Virus record (IMG/VR): IMGVR_UViG_3300037467_001233
Location: 1 to 44,669 of that record
Length of the DNA stretch: 44,669 nucleotides
Source: a virus
Taxonomy: Duplodnaviria > Caudoviricetes
Reading direction: 5' to 3' (one strand)
In this document: in pieces, positions 8,116-15,081 of the stretch
Layout of the letters: every line of letters starts with the position of its first letter
Position numbering within the stretch: the stretch's first letter is position 1
Position numbers and translations under genes: made by a program
Notes under the pieces: generated by a model
Seen by the model: only the letters and a program-made list of their open reading frames with translations
Databases searched by the model: none
Told to the model about the DNA's origin: nothing

Positions 8116-8438
8116 AATCCGATCTCGAACGCTTCAACCAAGGTCTCCAAGACCTACTCTTTGCGAGAGAACAGCTGCAAGCAGATCTTCCACGAGAACT
8201 CGGAAGATCGAACGAACTTGCAAAGGCAATAAACAACCTAAGACGTTTGAACGATGCGGCTCAGGACATCATCGAGAAAGCTCTGTACGGCATAGGCATG
8301 TGGGTTGATCCAGAGCAGCATGCACCACCTCCACTGCCGGATATCGATATGCCGAATATCGCGAGAGGACGGCAACCATTACCATCCGAAAGATTTGCAG
8401 ATGATGTGGTGACGCAAGTCAATGGGAGGCTTCAATGA
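8112..8438 (+). CDS. Hypothetical protein
   Basis: GGGGGAG RBS, ATGA coupling. Confidence 0.65.
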   Translation: MKSDLERFNQGLQDLLFAREQLQADLPRELGRSNELAKAINNLRRLNDAAQDIIEKALYGIGMWVDPEQHAPPPLPDIDMPNIARGRQPLPSERFADDVVTQVNGRLQ

Positions 8439-8511
8439 GCGGCCTGGAAACCAACGCGTTTAGCTTGCTTGTGAGATGTTTGCGCGCGAAGCGCTGAGGG
8501 AACAGACGGGA

Positions 8512-9291
8512 ATGAAAATCATTTCGTCCGCCGCGATGCTGAAGCAACGTCTCGCCTTGAAACGCGAAGGTCGGTTGGGTGAAGGAATGACGATAGCGGC
8601 TAGAAGCCCCGAGGAACGCGTCAGAGCGGCACGAGCGCGTCTGGCCATCCAAGGTTCGCCGCTCGTCTACAAACCCGCTCAGAAGCCTCCTGCGCACGAT
8701 ACAGAGCCAACCGCTGAATGGATATCCAAGAACAAGGGCAACATCGAAACCCGCCACCTAGGTTACGGCAAGGGCGGTTCCCTCAAAGGCTATCGTGTCA
8801 GACCGATCACGGAATCCCACGCTGAGTCCTTTCCCGAGGAAATGCGCCTCGTGTTCGGCCGATTTCTGCAGGACAGCGAATATCATCTCAGGATTAGCGT
8901 TGCCGATCTCAACAGGACAGGCGGTGGAAGCCCCGGAGCACGTCTCGGAGGGGTCGGCAATGTCCCGCAGTGCGTCCGTGACGGCCATCAGCGGCACGTC
9001 TGGCTAGAGCAGCAGTTGGCCGGCAACGCCGTGTTTAACCAGGTGCTCCGCAAGCTGGTCTACCGGTCGGACATTCAGCAGGACGGCAAGACGTTTGATC
9101 TCGTGGAGTTCGGGAAGGTCTTGTGGCCTACGCTCAAGGATCAAAGCTCATTGCGGTGGAGCACCAAAACGGCGGTTCTCGCTTTTGGGGCAGAGCTGAT
9201 CCGTTTGTACAAAGACCCACGGTGCCCGGTTGTGAGATGGATCAACGAGGATGAACGAGTTGAGGTTCGGAGATTGGAGGCGGCACGATGA
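8512..9291 (+). CDS. Putative late-gene regulator (DUF6456-like; positional analogue of antiterminator Q)
   Basis: Last large gene before the late promoter and packaging module; resemblance to alphaproteobacterial phage proteins is by eye; start may be 8476. Confidence 0.45.
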   Translation: MKIISSAAMLKQRLALKREGRLGEGMTIAARSPEERVRAARARLAIQGSPLVYKPAQKPPAHDTEPTAEWISKNKGNIETRHLGYGKGGSLKGYRVRPITESHAESFPEEMRLVFGRFLQDSEYHLRISVADLNRTGGGSPGARLGGVGNVPQCVRDGHQRHVWLEQQLAGNAVFNQVLRKLVYRSDIQQDGKTFDLVEFGKVLWPTLKDQSSLRWSTKTAVLAFGAELIRLYKDPRCPVVRWINEDERVEVRRLEAAR

Positions 9292-9512
9292 GCGAGATTG
9301 TCCACCTAGCCAATACGAAGCTCACGCCAGAAGTTCTTCTTCACCGGGCGCTATCGCATTTGAAAAACACGAAAGCTGTCGTGGTTCTTTCGCAGAGCAA
9401 CGATGGGGATTGGGACGTCCTGTGGTCTCATATGTCAGTTGGCGACCTTTGCACGGCAGAGAAGTGGCTCTCGCTCGAAGTCGCGGACGTTATGATGGGA
9501 CTAGCCGAATGA
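9288..9512 (+). CDS. Hypothetical protein
   Basis: GGAGG RBS, ATGA coupling. Confidence 0.7.
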   Translation: MSEIVHLANTKLTPEVLLHRALSHLKNTKAVVVLSQSNDGDWDVLWSHMSVGDLCTAEKWLSLEVADVMMGLAE

Positions 9513-9646
9513 TCCATCTCGACGAATACGACCGAACAGAATGGTGGGACGTCTGCAAGAAGCTAAGACCCGATATTTCAGAGGAAGAATTCAATGAAAT
9601 GTGGGAGGAATTTGTAGAAGTGACAAGACGGAGGGAGATGCATTGA
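9509..9646 (+). CDS. 45-aa acidic hypothetical protein
   Basis: MIHLDEYDRTEWWDVCKKLRPDISEEEFNEMWEEF...; overlaps neighbouring start/stop codons at both ends. Confidence 0.6.
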   Translation: MIHLDEYDRTEWWDVCKKLRPDISEEEFNEMWEEFVEVTRRREMH

Positions 9647-9873
9647 TGAAACCTGAAAGCATGAAAGCTTGGGAAGATCGCCTAGGCCCCGAGAAGGTCG
9701 GGCGCGCCATTGATCTTGTCCGTTCGTATGGATGGAATGCTGGAGACAACCCGCCGATGTGGGTTTGGGCCGACGCGTTCATGCAAGTCGAAAGAGGGGG
9801 AGGAGAGGGTATAAGAAGGAACGCGATTCCCCCAAACCTTCGGGAGGCGATATTCCGCTTCAAAATCACCTGA
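9646..9873 (+). CDS. Hypothetical protein
   Basis: GGAGGGAG upstream, TGATG overlap. Confidence 0.6.
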   Translation: MKPESMKAWEDRLGPEKVGRAIDLVRSYGWNAGDNPPMWVWADAFMQVERGGGEGIRRNAIPPNLREAIFRFKIT

Positions 9874-9928
9874 GTGACCCATCCCGCAAATCATGATATA
9901 AACATCGCGTGCCAAATCATTTTCTCTA

Positions 9929-9957
9929 TTGACGTCGTGCCGAATCACCTGCATATT
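9929..9957 (+). promoter_or_regulatory. Putative late promoter (PR'-like) with a GANTC site in the spacer
   Basis: TTGACG-N17-CATATT; GAATC at 9942-9946. Confidence 0.6.
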
Positions 9958-9974
9958 GCGCGTACATCGCGATG

Positions 9975-10010
9975 CGCCCGGAGCTAATACCTCTCGGGCG
10001 TTTTCTGTTT
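9975..10010 (+). terminator. Intrinsic terminator just after the late promoter (tR'-like)
   Basis: CGCCCGGAG...CTC(T)CGGGCG followed by TTTTCTGTTT. Confidence 0.65.
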
Positions 10011-10328
10011 CAAATCAACACCTTAATGGCCAATGGCCCCTAATTCCGATAGCGAATGAAATCGGGCAATAACGGTCTAGGACTGATTTGGAATACTGAT
10101 TTGGCCCCGCCATCCGGCCTCTCGTATGTCTCGCGTATCATTTCCTATCTGGAAAGGATGGCACCATGGACCGCATCAGTCTCGAAAAGGCCCGCAAAGA
10201 GTCAGGTGGAACTCCCACTTATTGGCTCATCTTGCCAGCCGAGCCGAGTACATCCTAAGTCACGCCTGTCCAAAGTGCGAGGTCGGTGCTTTTGGTGCCG
10301 GCCTCTTCTTAATAAAAGGGATGCTTCA

Positions 10329-10895
10329 TTGAAGGCAGATCAGTGCCGACTAACGGTTGATGAGGTTAGGTCTCTACTGGATTATTGCCCTGCAACCGGC
10401 ATTCTTAAATGGAAGTTCCGAGAGCCAAAATTCATTTCCGCATCGGACGCGTTTGAAACCCAAAGACTATCAAGGTCATTGAATAATTGGCTTGCCGGAA
10501 AACCGGCCGGATACATCAATAGATCCAATGGCTACCTGATGGTGCGTTTGTTGGGGAAGGCATACGTAGCTCATCGCTTGGCTTACTACATCATGACCGG
10601 CGATTGGCCGCACAAATACATTGACCACATCAACCGCGATAAGACCGATAATCGTTGGTCGAATTTGCGCTTGGCCGATGTCTCTGAAAACCAAGCTAAC
10701 AGCACGGCGCAGAAGAACAACAAAAGCGGCAGAAAGGGCGTCAGTTGGGACGCATCTAACCGCAAATGGCGTGCCCAAATTTGTGTTCGCGGTCAGCAAA
10801 TTATTCTTGGCCGATTTGATGATATCGATCTAGCTGCGGACGCATACGTTGAGGCTGCTAAGCGCTACTTTGGCGACTACGCCCGAGCCAGCTAG
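10329..10895 (+). CDS. HNH homing endonuclease with AP2 domain
   Basis: AHRLAY...IDHINRDKTDNRWSNLR...GRKGVSW...LGRF; TTG start at 10329 after AAAAGGGA is inferred (the ORF is open from 10056). Confidence 0.9.
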   Translation: MKADQCRLTVDEVRSLLDYCPATGILKWKFREPKFISASDAFETQRLSRSLNNWLAGKPAGYINRSNGYLMVRLLGKAYVAHRLAYYIMTGDWPHKYIDHINRDKTDNRWSNLRLADVSENQANSTAQKNNKSGRKGVSWDASNRKWRAQICVRGQQIILGRFDDIDLAADAYVEAAKRYFGDYARAS

Positions 10896-10966
10896 AGCCT
10901 TACCGCCGTCCTGCATACGTCAACGGCCTGGGGAAACCTGGGCCGTTCAGATTCTAGGAGATCGCC

Positions 10967-11158
10967 ATGCCTCAAATGAAAGACTGGCGTCCCGAAAAGC
11001 TCGATACCGAAGCCATCGCAACAGACGCACATCTGGCGCGGATCGAGCAAAAATTAGACGTGCTTATCAGTCTAGTGGCTAGTGGGTCACATGCAATTGT
11101 CAAGAATAATCAAAGCGAACCGGACAATTGCAACACTTGCAACCGTGCTTTGAGGTAA
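10967..11158 (+). CDS. Small hypothetical protein
   Basis: AGGAG RBS; LARIEQKLDVL coiled-coil-like segment. Confidence 0.55.
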   Translation: MPQMKDWRPEKLDTEAIATDAHLARIEQKLDVLISLVASGSHAIVKNNQSEPDNCNTCNRALR

Positions 11159-11159
11159 G

Positions 11160-11402
11160 ATGGCACTCCTTCAGCTTGATCCGCCGCTCGTACTCAAAAC
11201 CCCAAAAGGGAAGGCTGTCTGCCACTTCCTTTTGGACTACGGCTACGAGCACGATTTGTACTGGATCTGCTTCCAGCACGACACCGGAGAATGCTGGACC
11301 TGGAATAACAAGGATATCCGGATCGATAACAATTCAACGGTTGGCCGGGACGTAAAACCAGCCATTCAGGTCAAGAACGGGAATGGCGCTGAGGCGCATT
11401 AG
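11160..11402 (+). CDS. Phage hypothetical protein
   Basis: GAGG RBS; LQLDPP...TPKG...DYG.EHDL.W...TGECW. Confidence 0.7.
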   Translation: MALLQLDPPLVLKTPKGKAVCHFLLDYGYEHDLYWICFQHDTGECWTWNNKDIRIDNNSTVGRDVKPAIQVKNGNGAEAH

Positions 11403-11405
11403 GAC

Positions 11406-11795
11406 ATGGCCGATACAACTGAAAAAACAGTCCCCAAGCAGTTGACACCTTGGCAGCCCGGACAGAGCGGAAATCCCAAGGGTCGTCCCAAGGGCAGCCG
11501 GAACAAACTCTCTGAATCTTTCATCAGCGCGCTCTCGGATGACTTCGAGAAAAACGGCGTTGCCGTCATTGCAGCCGTCCGCGCTGAGAAGCCAGCCGAA
11601 TATCTGAAGATCATTGCGGCGATCGTGCCAAAGGAAATCAACGTCAACGATATGACGCTGCAAGACATGTCCGATGAGGAATTGCTTGAGCGACTCGACG
11701 AGGTTAGATCCATCGCTGCTGCCCTTGCTGGAGCAAAAGCTGGCGGCCGAATTGGATCGAAGGCAGGAAAAAAAGCGCCAGAAACGGCTCATTAA
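11406..11795 (+). CDS. terS: Terminase small subunit (DUF5681-type)
   Basis: WQPGQSGNPKGRPKGSRNK motif; directly upstream of TerL. Confidence 0.8.
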   Translation: MADTTEKTVPKQLTPWQPGQSGNPKGRPKGSRNKLSESFISALSDDFEKNGVAVIAAVRAEKPAEYLKIIAAIVPKEINVNDMTLQDMSDEELLERLDEVRSIAAALAGAKAGGRIGSKAGKKAPETAH

Positions 11796-12513
11796 TTTCG
11801 TCCGGTACTTTTGGGACGTTCTGGAACCAGTTCAGCCGTTTGTAGAGGGATGGTGCTTAGAAGCTCTGTGCGAGCATCTTGAGGCCGTAACAGCAGGAAA
11901 GATCAATCGCTTCTTAGCGAACGTGCCGCCCGGTTTTATGAAGTCGCTTCTGGTCAATGTATTCTGGCCGGCGTGGGAATGGGGGCCAATGGATCTCGGC
12001 CACATGCGGTATGTGACGTTCTCCTATGCCTCGCACCTGACTGAGCGAGATAACGCCAAGTTCCGCGATCTCGTAAAGTCGAAGAAGTATCAGGATATGT
12101 GGGGTGACCGCATCCAGCTCGTCGAGGATGGCAAGGTCAAAGTCTCGAACACGAAGACCGGTTGGAAGTTTGCTTCGTCCGTAGGTGGTGTTGGGACTGG
12201 CGAACGCGGCAATCGGATTATCTGCCTGCCATATGAAGCAAGGGTTCTGAGTGACATCGGCGAAATCGCCATTGGCGAGATTGTTGAAAAACGTCTTCAG
12301 ATTCGGGTTTTGTCATTCGACCATGAAAGCGAAAGGGCGGAATGGCAGAGCATACTGGAATACGAAACAAACCCGGCGGGAGATTACGTAGAAATTGAAT
12401 TGGTGACAGGGGAAAAGCTCGTCTGTACGTCTGATCATCTGGTATTTACGGTCGCTTCCGGATATAAAAGGGCCGATGAATTGACGCCAAATGACGAGGT
12501 TCTGATTGTCTAA
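11674..12513 (+). CDS. terL: Terminase large subunit N-extein fused to the split-intein N-half
   Basis: NVPPGFMKS Walker A, SYA, GVGTGERG; then CLPYEARV (intein block A, from 12223), VCTSDHLVF (block B TxxH) and a stop; overlaps terS by 122 nt, so the exact start is uncertain. Confidence 0.92.
   Translation: MRNCLSDSTRLDPSLLPLLEQKLAAELDRRQEKKRQKRLINFVRYFWDVLEPVQPFVEGWCLEALCEHLEAVTAGKINRFLANVPPGFMKSLLVNVFWPAWEWGPMDLGHMRYVTFSYASHLTERDNAKFRDLVKSKKYQDMWGDRIQLVEDGKVKVSNTKTGWKFASSVGGVGTGERGNRIICLPYEARVLSDIGEIAIGEIVEKRLQIRVLSFDHESERAEWQSILEYETNPAGDYVEIELVTGEKLVCTSDHLVFTVASGYKRADELTPNDEVLIV
12223..12510 (+). mobile_element. Split intein N-fragment (96 aa)
   Basis: Cys1 at 12223; TxxH motif; ends GYKRADELTPNDEVLIV like other intein N-halves; 20 acidic versus 8 K/R residues. 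Confidence 0.9.
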
Positions 12514-13429
12514 AATTGGCTATCTCTATCGGATAATATCACCGTGTGGACGCTCATATATTGGCATTACGACTAAGTCGCCGCGTTTGCGATTTATAGC
12601 GCACGCCAGATATCAGAAGCGTCGTCTACGGGGTCCCTTACACGATGCGTTCAAGGATTATGGCGAAGACGCAATGGTCCTGGAAGTGTTGGCGGAACTG
12701 CCTTGGGAAGAATTAGCAGCCGCCGAGATTAAAGCGATCCTAGATTACGATACGCTTTGGCCACGCGGGTTCAATTCTACCCCTGGAGGCAATGGTGTCG
12801 TTCGGCTTCAGCCAAGAAGTGAGGTAGCTCGCGTCAAGCGAATGAAGGCCACTATGGCCAGTCGAGCCTATAAGCAAAAGCAGAGGAATGCCCAGTCTAA
12901 GGCTTGGACGCCAGAGAAACGCGCCGCTCGCGCTGAAGCAGTCAGAGCGTACTGGCAGGATCCGGAGTATCGGGCTCGCCAAATGGTACAGCGCCGGAAA
13001 CCAAGGAAACTTCAGCCATCCATGAAGTTGGCGCGCTCTATATCTGAGATGGGTAAGAAAAGATGGGCAGACCCGGAAAATCGGGCGCGTTATATTGAGG
13101 CGCAGAATAAGGGTCGCACACCTGACTATTGCCGCCGCGTCTCCAATAAGCAACGCGAGGTCATGCAGAATATGGAACTGCGATATCAGATCGCCTTGTC
13201 CATGTCGAAGTATAAGAACCATTACTTCCGAAAGCTGCATTCCGTCCTTAAAGCCCGCAAGCCGAGCATCATGACCCGAACATGGGGCGGCTTCGGAGAT
13301 AAAATTCAAACTATTGATCTGGTTCGATCTGGATGGACTGCTCGTGAAATGGATCGTGCTATTGAAAGAGGCTGGCTTGCCGTCTATCCAACCGCAGAAG
13401 CGGAAGATCAAAGCCGTCAGGCGGCTTGA
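12506..13429 (+). CDS. Free-standing GIY-YIG homing endonuclease with C-terminal WxDPExRAR repeats
   Basis: GYLY-x9-YIG, R..H, E and GFN motifs; own GAGGT RBS and TTG start; reading frame differs from both TerL halves. Confidence 0.85.
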   Translation: MSKIGYLYRIISPCGRSYIGITTKSPRLRFIAHARYQKRRLRGPLHDAFKDYGEDAMVLEVLAELPWEELAAAEIKAILDYDTLWPRGFNSTPGGNGVVRLQPRSEVARVKRMKATMASRAYKQKQRNAQSKAWTPEKRAARAEAVRAYWQDPEYRARQMVQRRKPRKLQPSMKLARSISEMGKKRWADPENRARYIEAQNKGRTPDYCRRVSNKQREVMQNMELRYQIALSMSKYKNHYFRKLHSVLKARKPSIMTRTWGGFGDKIQTIDLVRSGWTAREMDRAIERGWLAVYPTAEAEDQSRQAA

Positions 13430-13508
13430 GCGCAAGGACGCCGCGACCTACAACCTGTCGATTAGCAAGAACAGCAACTACTTCGCCGAGCGTGTTCTCG
13501 TTCACAAT
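13377..13508 (+). mobile_element. Split intein C-fragment (~44 aa)
   Basis: Ends His-Asn at 13503-13508 with Cys+1 at 13509; 10 K/R versus 3 acidic residues. Confidence 0.88.
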
Positions 13509-14612
13509 TGCGACGACTTGCACAACATCAAGGAAGCGGAATCCGAGGTTATCCGGACCGAGACGGTTCGATGGGTTCGCGAGGCGATGTCCAACCGCCT
13601 CAACAACATGGATACAGACGTTATCGTGGCGATCATGCAGCGATCGCATGAAGCTGACGCCAGCAACACGCTCGTCGAACTAGAATACGAGCACCTGATG
13701 GTGCCGATGGAGTTCGATTCATCAAGGCGATGCGAAACCAGTATCGGCTGGCGCGATCCGAGAACTAAGGACGGTGAACTGGCATGGCCAGAGCGCTTTC
13801 CGCGGCGTGTGACGGATCAAATAAAGCGCACCATCGGTCCTTACGCATATTCGGGACAATACCAGCAGACGCCGGAAGTTCGTGGCGGGGCGATCATTAA
13901 GCGAGAATGGTGGCAAGACTACACAACTGACGATGGCAAAATCCCGCCGTGCCAGTACGTCGTTGCCTCGCTCGATCCCGCCTATACCGCGAAGCAAGAA
14001 AATGACCCATCCGGGTTTACGGTCTGGGGCGTCTGGTACGATGAAAAGGGTCACTCTCGCATCATCTGCCTGAACGCCTGGCGCAAGAGACTGGAACTCC
14101 ACGGGCCGCATCAGGACCGTTTAGCAGGCGAGACAGAAGCCCAGTTCGTCAAGCGCACTCAGGCAAGCTGGGGGCTTGTTGAATGGGTGGCGCACTCTTG
14201 CAAACGGTTCCGGGTTCACAAGCTCTTGATTGAAAGCAAAGCCTCAGGGCTTTCGGTGGCGCAAGAAATCCGCCGCCTTCATGCCGGCCAAGGCTGGACC
14301 GTTCAACTCGTAGACCCCAAAGGCTTGGACAAGGTTACACGCTGTCACGCGGTTGTGCCGATGTTCGCGGACGGACAGATATTTCTTCCGGCTTATTCAG
14401 ACGGCACGTATCGGGAATGGGGCCAGATGTTAGTTGACGAGTTTGCGTCATTCCCAAAAGGCGCAACTGACGACTTGGTAGACTCATCCACGCAGGCGTT
14501 GACGCATATCCGAGAGATTGGGCTCGCCGTTCGCAAGGACGAGCGCGCCATGATCGAACGCGAGCTTGGGCGCCACAAAGGCGGCCCGCCGCAAGCTTTG
14601 TATCCTTCGTGA
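13377..14612 (+). CDS. terL: Split-intein C-half fused to the terminase large subunit C-extein (rest of ATPase plus nuclease domain)
   Basis: YNLSISKNSNYFAERVLVHN|C blocks F/G; then DDLHN, IMQR, YSGQYQQ.P, SLDPA, IESKASG and FPKGATDDLVDS nuclease motifs; AAAGAGG plus TTG at 13377 inferred (ORF open from 13314). Confidence 0.92.
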   Translation: MPSIQPQKRKIKAVRRLERKDAATYNLSISKNSNYFAERVLVHNCDDLHNIKEAESEVIRTETVRWVREAMSNRLNNMDTDVIVAIMQRSHEADASNTLVELEYEHLMVPMEFDSSRRCETSIGWRDPRTKDGELAWPERFPRRVTDQIKRTIGPYAYSGQYQQTPEVRGGAIIKREWWQDYTTDDGKIPPCQYVVASLDPAYTAKQENDPSGFTVWGVWYDEKGHSRIICLNAWRKRLELHGPHQDRLAGETEAQFVKRTQASWGLVEWVAHSCKRFRVHKLLIESKASGLSVAQEIRRLHAGQGWTVQLVDPKGLDKVTRCHAVVPMFADGQIFLPAYSDGTYREWGQMLVDEFASFPKGATDDLVDSSTQALTHIREIGLAVRKDERAMIERELGRHKGGPPQALYPS

Positions 14613-14641
14613 GTTTCAATCCCTCCAAGGAAAACCATAAA

Positions 14642-14893
14642 ATGTCTGAACCCAAAACGCTGCCCGTTTCAAACGTCGAGATCATTCTCGCACTTATCGA
14701 ACGCATCTCGCGAGATATTCACGACTACGTATCGAAGCCGCAGCAGTCATTCAGCCCAGAAGCTGTGCGATCGGAATGCGCAAAGCTCTATTCCATGTCC
14801 GAGGAGCTTGTTGGATTAGCGGAAGCTGCCCGTGCCAAAGCTCAGGCGGACGCTGAGAAGAACGGCCACGCGCCGGCAGAGCAGGTGAACTGA
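14642..14893 (+). CDS. Hypothetical protein
   Basis: AAGGA upstream of ATG 14642; TGATG overlap with the next gene. Confidence 0.65.
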   Translation: MSEPKTLPVSNVEIILALIERISRDIHDYVSKPQQSFSPEAVRSECAKLYSMSEELVGLAEAARAKAQADAEKNGHAPAEQVN

Positions 14894-15078
14894 TGGAGTC
14901 CCGTCTCGTCTACTGTGTCATCTGCATTGACGGTGACGAGCAGGATCTCGTGCATATTTTCTCGACGCAAGAGCGCGCGAAGTCGTTCTGTGAACGCGAC
15001 GACAGATCCCACATTCTCTACGACTACGTTATCGACCATCCGGAGCGGATGGAACGGTCTGCGAAAGCGGTAAACTAA
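14893..15078 (+). CDS. Hypothetical protein
   Basis: Coupled ORF between terL and portal. Confidence 0.55.
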   Translation: MESRLVYCVICIDGDEQDLVHIFSTQERAKSFCERDDRSHILYDYVIDHPERMERSAKAVN

Positions 15079-15081
15079 CTC

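Noticed and set aside
10056-10328. Upstream extension of the second HNH ORF and the overlapping 10126-10332 ORF
   Set aside because: No recognisable domain or RBS; HNH-type sequence begins around LTVDEVRSLLDY
10922-10949. GAAA-tetraloop hairpin after the second HNH gene
   Set aside because: No U-tract or boxA-like neighbour; cannot be assigned as a terminator or nut site
12223-13508. TerL as a frameshifted pseudogene or a single cis-intein with sequencing errors
   Set aside because: It would need two independent indels exactly at domain borders; the downstream ORFs have their own SD and start, and all catalytic motifs are intact
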